NCBI GenBank assembly: GCA_964578255.1
Contig: CAZOCC010000028.1
Coordinates: 10,055 to 74,054, forward strand
Source: an uncultured Dehalococcoidia bacterium
Lineage (GTDB): Bacteria; Chloroflexota; Dehalococcoidia; Lucifugimonadales; UBA2985
Direction of reading: 5' to 3'
Length of the DNA stretch: 64,000 nucleotides
Part shown: positions 22,188 to 32,049 of the stretch, one piece after another
Layout: each line of letters starts with the position of its first letter
Numbering within the stretch: the first letter of the stretch is position 1
Position numbers and translations under genes: made by a program
Notes under the pieces: model-generated
What the model saw: only the letters and a program-made list of their open reading frames with translations
Database searches by the model: none
Told to the model about the DNA's origin: nothing

Positions 22188-23588
22188 CTATTGCCAGTCT
22201 CGAATGTCCACGAAATGTCCCGCTATGGCCGCTGCCGCAGCCATTTCAGGACCTACTAAATGAGTCCGCCCTCCAGGTCCTTGTCTACCCTCGAAATTCC
22301 TGTTGGATGTAGATGCAGCCCTTTCGCCGGGTTGTAGTATATCCGGATTCATCCCCAGACACATAGAGCAGCCTGCCTCCCTCCATTCGAATCCAGCATC
22401 CCTAAATACACCGTCCAAACCCTCTCTTTCGGCCTGAACTTTCACGGTAAAAGAACCCGGAACTACTATAGCGCTTACATCTGGATTTACCTGTTTACCT
22501 TTAACTATCTCTGCTGCTGCTCTAAGATCCTCTATCCTAGAATTTGTGCAGGAACCTATAAATACCTTGTTAAGCGAGATTTCTTGAATAGGGGTATTTG
22601 GTTGAAGATCCATATACTGCAACGCTCGCTCAGCAGCAGCTTTTTCGCTCTCAGTATTGAAGGAGTTCGGGTCTGGTACTCGATCAGTGATCGAGGCAAC
22701 CATCCCTGGATTAGTACCCCAACTCACAAAAGGGGATAGAGTTGCTGCATCAATCTCCACCAACTTGTCAAAGTGGGCGCCTTCGTCACTCGGCAATTCA
22801 AGCCAACGTTCAATCGCTCTATCAAACTCCTCACCCTGAGGAACCTGGGGTTTACCCCTCATATAATCAAAGGTGGTTTGGTCAGGTGCAATCAAACCAG
22901 CTCTAGCACCGCCCTCTATCGACATGTTGCAGACCGTCATGCGACCGGCCATCGATAAAGATCTTATTGCTTCGCCCGTATATTCTATGACATGGCCTAC
23001 CCCGCCACCTACTCCTATCTGTCCGATAATTGCCAATATCAAATCTTTGGCAGTAACACCTAATGGGAGTTGTCCGTTTATTCGTACCTCCATGTTCTTC
23101 GGCTTTTGCTGTAGCAGACATTGTGTGGCAAGGACATGTTCCACTTCAGAAGTACCTATACCTAAGGCAAAAGCACCAAATGCTCCATGAGTGGAGGTAT
23201 GGCTATCACCACAAACGATCATTTTACCTGGCTGAGTATATCCTTGTTCGGGGCCTATCACATGAACTATGCCTTGACCCGCACTAAACATATCAAAATA
23301 TGTAATACCGAATTCTTCGGCATTGGCGTTCAATGTTTCAATCTGCCTACGGGATATTTCATCAGCTATCGGGATTGACCTGTCAGTTGTTGGAACATTG
23401 TGATCCACTGTACCTACAGTCAACTCCGGTCTACGAACTGATCTGCCAGACAGCCTGAGTCCTTCAAATGCCTGAGCTGAAGTAACTTCGTGAACTAAAT
23501 GCAAATCAACATACAGCATAGCCGGTTTGCCGGGTTCTTCATGAACGATGTGGCTTTCCCAAATCTTGTCAAACATAGTTTTTGGCAT
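22188..23588 (-). CDS. leuC: 3-isopropylmalate dehydratase large subunit (start set at MPKTMF)
   Basis: HEVTS; [11 protein letters not shown]; GSCTNSR; GCSMCLGMN; NRNFEGRQG. Confidence 0.97.
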   Translation of the reverse strand: MPKTMFDKIWESHIVHEEPGKPAMLYVDLHLVHEVTSAQAFEGLRLSGRSVRRPELTVGTVDHNVPTTDRSIPIADEISRRQIETLNANAEEFGITYFDMFSAGQGIVHVIGPEQGYTQPGKMIVCGDSHTSTHGAFGAFALGIGTSEVEHVLATQCLLQQKPKNMEVRINGQLPLGVTAKDLILAIIGQIGVGGGVGHVIEYTGEAIRSLSMAGRMTVCNMSIEGGARAGLIAPDQTTFDYMRGKPQVPQGEEFDRAIERWLELPSDEGAHFDKLVEIDAATLSPFVSWGTNPGMVASITDRVPDPNSFNTESEKAAAERALQYMDLQPNTPIQEISLNKVFIGSCTNSRIEDLRAAAEIVKGKQVNPDVSAIVVPGSFTVKVQAEREGLDGVFRDAGFEWREAGCSMCLGMNPDILQPGERAASTSNRNFEGRQGPGGRTHLVGPEMAAAAAIAGHFVDIRDWQ

Positions 23589-23662
23589 TTCTTGCCCCTT
23601 CCCATGGTGTCCCATAAAAGTTTATCGCCTGGAATTCATAATTAGCCAATAGGAACCAATTT

Positions 23663-25210
23663 CTATTCAGATTCCCTATCTGCCGAGGTGTCAACACCCT
23701 CTATGGCCATCAATTTGTTTAGAGCATTCACGTAGGCTTTGGCACTAGCAACAATTATATCGGTGGAGGATCCTCTGCCAGTATAAATCCTCCCACTTTT
23801 CTCAATTCGTATGGTCGCATCACCCATAGCATCTGTCCCTTCGGTAACAGCACCTATAGAGAATTCCTTTAGTGTATTAGATACCTGAAGAATTCTATTT
23901 ATGGCCACGTAAACGGCATCTACGGGGCCTGTTCCAGTAGCTGCGTCAGTTAGAACACGCCCATCCTTATCAATTAACCTGACGGTCGCAGTAGGTATCT
24001 CGTGGTCACCACACGAGACCTGAGTATGATCTAGTCTATACAGCTCCACTTCTGTTCTTCTGCGATCGTTCATCAATGCTTCCAGATCCCTATCTGTAAT
24101 CTCCCTCTTACGATCAGCCAGTTCTTTGAAATCATCAAAGGCTTTGTTCAGCTCATCTTGATTCAAGCTGTAACCCAGATCCTCCAGACGAGCCCTCAAA
24201 CCTGCCCTTCCACTCAATTTACCTAAAACCAGTCGACTATCCAAAACACCGACAGTTTTAGGATCAATTATTTCATAGGTGGAACGTTCCTTAATAACGC
24301 CGTCTTGGTGAATACCTGATGCGTGCCGAAAGGCATTTTGGCCCACTATGGCTTTATTAGGTTGCACAGAGAATCCAGTTATATCACTTACTAGGCGACT
24401 CGTACGATAAAGCTGTGTCGTGTCTATTCCAATATTAATGCCGAAAAAATCACCCCTAGTGGCTAAACCCATAATCACTTCTTCCAAAGAGGCATTTCCG
24501 GCTCTTTCTCCTATACCATTAATGCATCCCTCAACTTGCCTCACTCCTACTTTGACTGCCGCAAGGCTATTGGCAACGGAAAGTCCAAGGTCATTATGAC
24601 AATGAACAGAAATCACAGCCCGGTCAATATTTGGAACGTTGTTCTTAATACCAACGATTAACTCGGCAAATTCTTCTGGTATTGCATAACCCACGGTGTC
24701 GGGAATATTAACCGTAGTTGCCCCGGCATTTATAGCCGCTTCAAGTAAAGAGTACAAATAACCAGGTTCAGTCCGTGTAGCATCCATTGGGGAAAACTCA
24801 ACATCCTCAACATGTGTCTTTGCTCTAGCGACAGCAGCTACAGCCATATCCATGACTTCTTCTCGATTTTTGCGGAGCTGGTGCATTATGTGAATATCAG
24901 AGCTTGACAGGAAGACATGAATTCTAGGTCTAGAGGCACCCTTTAGTGCTTCTCCGGCTTTGTCAACAGCTGCCAAGTTAGCATGAGCCAAAGATGCAAT
25001 TATAGGTGTGCGGATTTCCTTAGCGATTGTCTGCACTGCCAGGAAATCGCCCGGAGAACTGGCTGCGAAGCCTGCTTCAATAACATCCACCCTCAGCCTT
25101 TCCAGCTGCTTCGCAATTTCCATTTTCTCGTCTAAGGTCATTGCTGCCCCGGCCGCTTGTTCGCCATCCCTCAATGTTGTATCAAATATGATCACTTTTT
25201 CATCAGGCAT
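23663..25210 (-). CDS. leuA: 2-isopropylmalate synthase
   Basis: DTTLRDGEQ; HCHNDLG; GIGERAGN; HASGIHQDG; C-terminal regulatory domain. Confidence 0.96.
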   Translation of the reverse strand: MPDEKVIIFDTTLRDGEQAAGAAMTLDEKMEIAKQLERLRVDVIEAGFAASSPGDFLAVQTIAKEIRTPIIASLAHANLAAVDKAGEALKGASRPRIHVFLSSSDIHIMHQLRKNREEVMDMAVAAVARAKTHVEDVEFSPMDATRTEPGYLYSLLEAAINAGATTVNIPDTVGYAIPEEFAELIVGIKNNVPNIDRAVISVHCHNDLGLSVANSLAAVKVGVRQVEGCINGIGERAGNASLEEVIMGLATRGDFFGINIGIDTTQLYRTSRLVSDITGFSVQPNKAIVGQNAFRHASGIHQDGVIKERSTYEIIDPKTVGVLDSRLVLGKLSGRAGLRARLEDLGYSLNQDELNKAFDDFKELADRKREITDRDLEALMNDRRRTEVELYRLDHTQVSCGDHEIPTATVRLIDKDGRVLTDAATGTGPVDAVYVAINRILQVSNTLKEFSIGAVTEGTDAMGDATIRIEKSGRIYTGRGSSTDIIVASAKAYVNALNKLMAIEGVDTSADRESE

Positions 25211-25245
25211 CCTAGAAACTCCTCAATGTATTTCGAGACAATAGA

Positions 25246-26241
25246 CTAGGTTTCTTTAAGAAAGCCCATCATCTCTCTTAGAGACTTGCCAACCTGTTCT
25301 ATAGGGTGACTAGCATCTTCCTGTCTAAGCCTGTTGAACCTAGGTCGGCCTTCATCATTCTCGGCAATCCATTCTCGCGCAAAAGAACCGTTCTGTATTT
25401 CCTCCAGAACCACCTTCATCTTCTGTTTGACACTCTCATCAATAATCCTAGGGCCCCGACTATAATCGCCAAATTCCGCGGTATCACTCACAGAATATCG
25501 CATATATTCTAAGCCACCTTGGTATATAAGATCCACGATGAGTTTCAATTCATGCATGCACTCAAAGAAAGCCGACTCAGGCTGATATCCAGCTTCAACC
25601 AAAGTCTCGAAGCTAGCCTTAACCAGTGCACTGACACCTCCGCATAAAACTGCTTGCTCGCCGAAAAGGTCGGTCTCAGTTTCCTCTTTGAAAGTAGTCT
25701 CCAAAACTCCTGCTCGTGTGCACCCAACTCCTTTAGCGTAAGCTAAGGCCATTTCCTTGGCATTACCAGAAGCATCCTGATGTATCGCCAAAAGACCTGG
25801 AACGCCTGATCCTCTGGTAAATATCTCTCGCATGCGATGACCAGGAGCTTTAGGAGCAATCATTGACACATCCACTCCGGGACCAGGTCGTATCTGTTGG
25901 TAATGTATATTAAACCCATGAGCAAACATCAATGTCTTGCCATCTGACAAGTTAGGCTCTATAGATTCCCTGTATACTCTACCCTGCAAATGGTCCGGGA
26001 TAAGCATCATTATCAAATCAGCCTGTTTTGCTACATCCGCCACTGTTTCAACATTTAGTCCAGCTTCCTCGGCCTTAGACCAACTAGAACTGCCTTCATA
26101 CAGACCAACAACCACATTCACTCCGCTGTCGTTCAAGCTTAGTGCATGAGCATGGCCCTGACTCCCGTAACCAATAATACCTACAGTCTTCCCATCAAGC
26201 AGTGATAAGTCCGCGTCATTTGCATAGTATATGATCGCCAT
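25246..26241 (-). CDS. ilvC: Ketol-acid reductoisomerase
   Basis: [10 protein letters not shown]; APKAPGH; [16 protein letters not shown]. Confidence 0.97.
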   Translation of the reverse strand: MAIIYYANDADLSLLDGKTVGIIGYGSQGHAHALSLNDSGVNVVVGLYEGSSSWSKAEEAGLNVETVADVAKQADLIMMLIPDHLQGRVYRESIEPNLSDGKTLMFAHGFNIHYQQIRPGPGVDVSMIAPKAPGHRMREIFTRGSGVPGLLAIHQDASGNAKEMALAYAKGVGCTRAGVLETTFKEETETDLFGEQAVLCGGVSALVKASFETLVEAGYQPESAFFECMHELKLIVDLIYQGGLEYMRYSVSDTAEFGDYSRGPRIIDESVKQKMKVVLEEIQNGSFAREWIAENDEGRPRFNRLRQEDASHPIEQVGKSLREMMGFLKET

Positions 26242-26409
26242 AATTAACAGACTCCTTATTAGTGTTTGTGATATATCCTAGTGGCACAGTTTACAACTTA
26301 CACTAGGTTGATGTCGAATCGGATGACAAGATCAACCAATATTTGACGCCGGCACGGACTCTCTCGTAGCCGGGCTCGGGCACCCGTTTACGATCAAATA
26401 CTGAAGATA

Positions 26410-26931
26410 TTATTGGATACTATCCAAGGCGAGAGAATTCGACAATCCCCTCATTAGCCCTATCCTTCCAGTTCTCATCACTTCTGCAATACCGAATGGA
26501 CTCAGTATACGTAACAAGGAATCTACCTTGTTCATGTCTCCAGTCACTTCTATAATGACTGAGTCTTCAGATACATCTACAACATTAGACCGAAAAATCT
26601 CGACCAACTGTAGTACCTCCAATCGGGTCTCTGACGTAGTACTGACTTTGACTAACGCCAATTCTCTCGCTACAACACTTTCCTCTGATATGTCAGAAAC
26701 CTTTACCACGTCTATAAGTTTGTACAGCTGTTTAATAACTTGGTCAACAACTGCACTGTCACTTTGAACCACAAATGTCATCCGTGAGAAACCGTCTGCT
26801 TCGCTATGGCCGACAGCCAGACTGGAAATATTGAACCCTCGCCTTCTAAACATACTGGCAATACGATTCAGAACGCCGGGTTTATCCTGAACCAATGCAA
26901 CCAAAGTATGTTCTTTAATATCTGGATCCAT
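26410..26931 (-). CDS. ilvN: Acetolactate synthase small (regulatory) subunit
   Basis: DKPGVLNRIASMFRRRGFNISSL ACT domain; RELALVKV; RTG. Confidence 0.95.
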   Translation of the reverse strand: MDPDIKEHTLVALVQDKPGVLNRIASMFRRRGFNISSLAVGHSEADGFSRMTFVVQSDSAVVDQVIKQLYKLIDVVKVSDISEESVVARELALVKVSTTSETRLEVLQLVEIFRSNVVDVSEDSVIIEVTGDMNKVDSLLRILSPFGIAEVMRTGRIGLMRGLSNSLALDSIQ

Positions 26932-26933
26932 AT

Positions 26934-28643
26934 CTAGATCTTTTCCTCTACTTCGATTGGTTCTTCGATAAGATCCTCGATACTCTTACCTGCGGGGATC
27001 ATCGGATACACATTTTCCTCTTCCTCGACAACGAAATCAATCAAGACTGGGCCTGAATATCCCATTGCTTCTTTTATTGCTCCATCTATTTGGCTTGCAT
27101 CAGTCACCCGTATCCCTGGCATACCAAATGCTTCTGCCAGCTTCACGAAGTCAGGATTATGACTGTACTCACTGGCAGTGTATTCTCTATTATAGAAAAA
27201 TTGTTGCCATTGCCTCACCATACCCAGATGTCGATTGTTAAGTATAGCAATCTTTACAGGTATGTCATTCTCAACCATAGTAGCCAACTCTGACATGGTC
27301 ATCTGAAATCCACCATCACCTGCTATAGACCAAACAACCTTGTCAGGCATGCCCACTTGTGCTCCCATAGCACCCGGTACCTCATACCCCATTGCACCAG
27401 CACCACCAGAGGTGATCATGGAATATGGTTCTCGGAATAAGTAGTGCTGTGCAGCCCACATCTGATGCTGGCCAACACCAGTAACAATAATCGCTTGTCC
27501 TTCCGTGGAATCGGAAATGCCCTTGATAATGCTCTGTGGCAAAAGTTTGGAAGTTTTGCGAATCTTAAGAGAAGGGTGAGTATCTCGCAATTGCTGGACA
27601 TGTGTGAGCCAGTCGACGTGTGTATTTGTGTTTACTACTTGGTTCAGTTGAATCAAAACTTGCTTTAAATCACCCAGGATTGGGGCATCGGCCATCACAC
27701 TTTTGTTAAGCTCAGAAGGATCTATGTCTACATGAACTATCTTGGCATTTGGAGCGAATTTTTCCAAATCCCCTGTGACTCGGTCATCAAATCTCGCTCC
27801 CAGACTAACTATAAGATCCGCCTGATCAAGGGCCATACTGGCCCATGCTACCCCATGCATGCCGGGCATTCCTAGGCTCAATATGTGGTCCTCTGGAAAG
27901 CCACTTATACCTAAAAGAGTAGTAATTACTGGTATCTGGGTCTTTTCGGCCAACTCCCGCAGTTCATCAAACGCTCGGGATATCAATATTCCGTGCCCTG
28001 CCATTATCACTGGGCGCCTGGCTTCATTTATTAATTGAGCAGCTGCCTTGATTTGTCGCACGTCAGCATCCTCAACTGGTCGATAACCTGGCAAATTTAT
28101 TGTATCTGGGTATTCGAATTCACTAATTTCCTGCAATACATCCTTAGGGATATCTACCAATACCGGAGATGGTCTGCCAGTACTTGCAATATGAAAAGCT
28201 TCCTTTATGGTTGCTGCTATCTCAGAAGCATGCATCACAAGATAATTATGTTTAGTTATTGGTAGAGTGACACCCGTTGTGTCAGTTTCTTGAAACGCAT
28301 CTTTGCCTATGGCCGCACGGGAAACTTGAGCAGTAATAGCAACAATAGGCACGGAATCCATATTCGCAGCAGCCAACCCGGTTATCAGGTTAGTTGCACC
28401 AGGGCCTGAGGTCGCCCAACAAACACCCACTTTACCAGTAGCTCTAGCATATCCGTCCGCTGCCATCGCAGCAGCCTGTTCGTGGCGCACTAAAATGTGC
28501 CTGAGCTGTGGGTATTCCGGCAAGGTTCCATACAATGGTAAAATAGCCCCGCCCGGCAGTCCGAAGACCACATCCACGCCCTCACGCAATAAAGTTTCGC
28601 AAACTATTTGCCCGCCTGTCATTTTCATTTTAGGCACCCCCAT
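26934..28643 (-). CDS. ilvB: Acetolactate synthase large subunit (true start may be ATG 28628)
   Basis: FGLPGGA; RHEQ; TSGPGATN; RFDDR; GDGGFQM...NN; GMVRQWQ. Confidence 0.97.
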   Translation of the reverse strand: MGVPKMKMTGGQIVCETLLREGVDVVFGLPGGAILPLYGTLPEYPQLRHILVRHEQAAAMAADGYARATGKVGVCWATSGPGATNLITGLAAANMDSVPIVAITAQVSRAAIGKDAFQETDTTGVTLPITKHNYLVMHASEIAATIKEAFHIASTGRPSPVLVDIPKDVLQEISEFEYPDTINLPGYRPVEDADVRQIKAAAQLINEARRPVIMAGHGILISRAFDELRELAEKTQIPVITTLLGISGFPEDHILSLGMPGMHGVAWASMALDQADLIVSLGARFDDRVTGDLEKFAPNAKIVHVDIDPSELNKSVMADAPILGDLKQVLIQLNQVVNTNTHVDWLTHVQQLRDTHPSLKIRKTSKLLPQSIIKGISDSTEGQAIIVTGVGQHQMWAAQHYLFREPYSMITSGGAGAMGYEVPGAMGAQVGMPDKVVWSIAGDGGFQMTMSELATMVENDIPVKIAILNNRHLGMVRQWQQFFYNREYTASEYSHNPDFVKLAEAFGMPGIRVTDASQIDGAIKEAMGYSGPVLIDFVVEEEENVYPMIPAGKSIEDLIEEPIEVEEKI

Positions 28644-28648
28644 CGGTT

Positions 28649-28681
28649 AAAAAAATAAATTCCCGCCCCAAGGGACGAGAA
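28649..28681 (-). terminator. Intrinsic terminator (attenuator) of the T-box leader
   Basis: Minus strand UUCUCGUCCC-UU-GGGGCGGGAA followed by UUUAUUUUUUU; 5' arm shared with the antiterminator. Confidence 0.85.
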
Positions 28682-28922
28682 TCTAATCCCGCGGTACCAC
28701 CCTTTTTCCCCAGATTGATCATACAACCCGAAGCACTCGTTTCATTAGGATTCATGTGAACCCTGCTTTTATAACGGGAGTCTATCCCGGCCGATTCTAC
28801 TCACCCTCTAGGGTTTTCTTTCGACGGCTCCGGAGTGACCTTCGGAGGAAATTCATATCTGCTTCCACCATACCAGACTCGCTTAATGAACAGGTCCTCT
28901 TACTGCTCTCCATCATCACCTT
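28649..28922 (-). ncRNA. T-box riboswitch upstream of the ilv-leu operon (probable Val GUC specifier)
   Basis: Minus strand: AGUA, AGCGAG, GGUGGAA distal loop, GAA-G-GUC-A specifier loop, stem II, CCGUUA F-box, AAGGGUGGUACCGCG T-box (28690-28704), antiterminator and terminator. Confidence 0.93.
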
Positions 28923-28970
28923 CAATACCACACTTTCCGCATACCCAAACAATTCAGGATGCGAGTGACC

Positions 28971-28998
28971 ATGGTAGCATAACCCTCATGTTTGTCAA
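28971..28998 (-). promoter_or_regulatory. Promoter of the T-box/ilv-leu transcript
   Basis: Minus strand TTGACA, 16 bp, TGc-TACCAT. Confidence 0.55.
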
Positions 28999-29014
28999 GG
29001 TATATCCAAGTATT

Positions 29015-30445
29015 TCACAATATGGCCGCTGTGGCAGCCTCTATTGCCTTGACCAGCGGACCCGGGTAAATACCAATTACCACTATACCCATTACCAATA
29101 TCCACAAAACGGCGCCATTCAGCCGTGACACTTCCACGGTATCTGATGCTGTGTATGAATGCATATACATCTGTTTTATAATCAGCAGGTAATAGTAAAG
29201 TGATATAAGGCTATTTGTTATCGCCAACCCGACCAACCAAAGCAAACCTTCGTCGGCTACAGCAGTGAACAAATAGAATTTAGTGGTAAATCCGGCAAAG
29301 AATGGCAAGCCCGCCAACGAGAACAACCCCACACTCAATGCCATAGCTACAAAAGGGGCCCTTTCAGACAAGCCTGCGAAGTCTACGATTTCTTCCTTTT
29401 TCGTTGAATTGTATACGATAATAATCACTAGGAATACGGCTAAATTAGTGACACCATATCCTATTAGATGAAAAATCAAGCCATTAGATGCCAAAGTAGA
29501 AAGTGCTGCGATTCCCATTAACAGGTAGCCCACTTGTCCTACACTAGAATAAGCCAATAGTCGTTTGATGTTGTGTTGAACTAGGGCAACGAGATTCCCA
29601 ATGGTCATGGTCAAAGCGGAAATCATCAGTATTATTGGCTGCCAATCAGAAAAGGTTGGCAGCAATCCCTGAGAGAACAACCGTAGGACAAGAGCAAAGG
29701 CAGCAATTTTGGAGCCCACAGACAAGTAAGCGGTCACTGGAATTGGAGCGCCCTCATAAACATCCGGCGCCCACATGTGAAATGGCACCGCCGCAACCTT
29801 GAATCCTAACCCGGCGATCATAAGTACCAGAGCAACCAATAAACCAAGGTTCACCGGATCGCCATTTTCTGACATAACACTATATATTTCCGCAAATTTG
29901 GTGGTGCCCAGTAAGCCATAAATCTGGCTGATGCCATACAATAACAAGGCTGATGCGAAAGCTCCTAGTAGAATATATTTTATACTTGCCTCACTAGGCT
30001 TTAAACCTTCGCGCCCGTAAGCAACCAGAACATACAGACTGAAACTCAAGAGCTCCAAGGATATATATGCGGTCAATAATTCACCAGAAGCGGCCATAAG
30101 CATCATGGCTAATACAGAAAACATGAGTATGCCATAGAATTCACCTGAACGACTCAGATGAATTTTGACATAGTCTACTGACATTAGAACAATAAAGATG
30201 CCTATTACCAAGAATACTACCCTGAACAACAAAGAGAAGTTATCTATAAGAAAGATGCCACCGTAAAGATCTGTGTCTTTCCCGCCAAGATAAAGAAGAG
30301 TTACAAGGAGAGACACTACAAGGCCGGACACACAAACGCCAGGAAGATAATTGCTTTTTTCTCGGTTCATCACCAGATCCAACCCCAATACGGCAAATCC
30401 AGTGAACAAAACAACGAACTCAGGTGCAAACAGTAGGAAATTCAT
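29015..30445 (-). CDS. nuoN: NADH-quinone oxidoreductase subunit N
   Basis: FKVAAVPFHMWAPDVYEGAP; KRLLAYSS; operon position. Confidence 0.95.
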   Translation of the reverse strand: MNFLLFAPEFVVLFTGFAVLGLDLVMNREKSNYLPGVCVSGLVVSLLVTLLYLGGKDTDLYGGIFLIDNFSLLFRVVFLVIGIFIVLMSVDYVKIHLSRSGEFYGILMFSVLAMMLMAASGELLTAYISLELLSFSLYVLVAYGREGLKPSEASIKYILLGAFASALLLYGISQIYGLLGTTKFAEIYSVMSENGDPVNLGLLVALVLMIAGLGFKVAAVPFHMWAPDVYEGAPIPVTAYLSVGSKIAAFALVLRLFSQGLLPTFSDWQPIILMISALTMTIGNLVALVQHNIKRLLAYSSVGQVGYLLMGIAALSTLASNGLIFHLIGYGVTNLAVFLVIIIVYNSTKKEEIVDFAGLSERAPFVAMALSVGLFSLAGLPFFAGFTTKFYLFTAVADEGLLWLVGLAITNSLISLYYYLLIIKQMYMHSYTASDTVEVSRLNGAVLWILVMGIVVIGIYPGPLVKAIEAATAAIL

Positions 30446-31947
30446 TACGAACCTGCCACTCTTTGAAGGATAGGAGCAACACCACTATTAATCATGTCCA
30501 TCCATGGTCTTGGATAGAGTCCTATGGCCAGTAACAAAGCCACTAATATGCTCATAGAAAAACCCTCTAGTTTTGTGGCATCAGTTAATCCTTCCCATCG
30601 TGGATCCAGTGGCCCAAAGAACACCTTGGCCAATAATCTAAGAATATAAATTGCAGTAATGCCAGCACCGATGATACCCAATCCACCTAGCACAGGATAA
30701 TCCCTGAAAACCCCCACGAACACCATCAATTCAGCAATAAAACCACTCAGGCCAGGCAGGCCTAGGGAAGTAAGTCCTGCAACAGCAAAGAAGGAAGCAA
30801 CCAATCCCATACGCTTGGCAAGTCCTTCCAAAATCCCTATATCCCTGACATGAGATCTATCATATATAGCACCCACCAGAGCAAAGAGTAATGCAGTCAT
30901 TATGCCATGAGAAAACATCTGCAACACCGCGCCTCCAACGCCTACAGCATTAAGTGTTGCGAAACCCATAAAAACATAGCCCATGTGACTAACACTTGAA
31001 TAACCGATCACATATTTTAGGTCCCTCTGTCCCATAGCTGTTACTGCACCGTAAACTACATTGATCGTCCCAAGAATAATCAGCACCGGCATCCAATATT
31101 CGGCCCCTGCAGGCAACAAGTCTATAGCAACACGTATAATGCCATATGCTCCTAATTTCATTAACACCCCTGCATGCAGCATGCTGACTGAAGTAGGAGC
31201 AGCAACGTGACCGTCTGGCGACCAGGTGTGAAAAGGCCACAGGCCGGCTAGTATGCCAAACCCAATCATGAAGAAAGGAAAAAACAACCGCTGGAAATTT
31301 TCCGAAAATTGTACAGTTTCTAGGTCAGTGAGAGAAAATGTCCCTGTGCCACCTTCCACAAAAACTGCTAAAAGGGCTACCCACACCAAGATACTCCCAG
31401 CCACCAAATACAGCATGAGTTTCATGGCCCCGTATTCTTTCGGGCGCAGGAAGGCCCCGAAATCACTGCTACTACCCCAAACTCCAATGAGTAGATACAT
31501 GGGCATGACAGCTAATTCATAGAAGAAAAAGAAGAAGAACAAATCGATTGAAACAAAAACACCGTAGACTCCTGCGACCAACAAGAATAAAAGTACGAAG
31601 AAATCCTTGGTTCTTACTTCTATATTCCAGGATATAAGTACTCCTGTGAACATTACTATTCCAGTGAGTAATACCATTGGAACTGATATACCGTCCACAC
31701 CCATCGAAAACGATATTCCTAACGACTCCACCCATTTATACTCAGCAATGAACTGGTAGCCCCCCAGTTTGTTGTCATAGTTTAGGAATACGTAGATGGT
31801 TAAACACAAACCAACAAAAGCCACCACAGCCGAGGTTAATCGTATATGTTGAACCCTGTGTTTTGGCAAAAATACGAGAAGGACTCCCCACCCGAAGGGT
31901 AGTCCTATAAGCAACATCAAGACGTAAGAATTCAGAGCATCCATCAT
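30445..31947 (-). CDS. nuoM: NADH-quinone oxidoreductase subunit M
   Basis: GVDGIS; FFYE; PFHTWSPDGHVAAPT; LMKLGAYG; YSSVSHMG. Confidence 0.95.
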   Translation of the reverse strand: MMDALNSYVLMLLIGLPFGWGVLLVFLPKHRVQHIRLTSAVVAFVGLCLTIYVFLNYDNKLGGYQFIAEYKWVESLGISFSMGVDGISVPMVLLTGIVMFTGVLISWNIEVRTKDFFVLLFLLVAGVYGVFVSIDLFFFFFFYELAVMPMYLLIGVWGSSSDFGAFLRPKEYGAMKLMLYLVAGSILVWVALLAVFVEGGTGTFSLTDLETVQFSENFQRLFFPFFMIGFGILAGLWPFHTWSPDGHVAAPTSVSMLHAGVLMKLGAYGIIRVAIDLLPAGAEYWMPVLIILGTINVVYGAVTAMGQRDLKYVIGYSSVSHMGYVFMGFATLNAVGVGGAVLQMFSHGIMTALLFALVGAIYDRSHVRDIGILEGLAKRMGLVASFFAVAGLTSLGLPGLSGFIAELMVFVGVFRDYPVLGGLGIIGAGITAIYILRLLAKVFFGPLDPRWEGLTDATKLEGFSMSILVALLLAIGLYPRPWMDMINSGVAPILQRVAGS

Positions 31948-32049
31948 TTTTCAGTAATCAACCAAGATTCAGAGTACATGAAGTTCCATAAACTCCTGTC
32001 ACACATATCACTCATAAATAACCACAATCCTTCATTACGGCTCATTTAT

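Noticed and set aside
28808-28818. CTAGGGTT resembling a ykkC/ppGpp riboswitch start near ilvB
   Set aside because: It is on the wrong strand and forms part of T-box stem II
28756-29128. Short plus-strand ORFs between ilvB and nuoN
   Set aside because: The region is explained by the minus-strand T-box, its promoter and the nuoN 3' end
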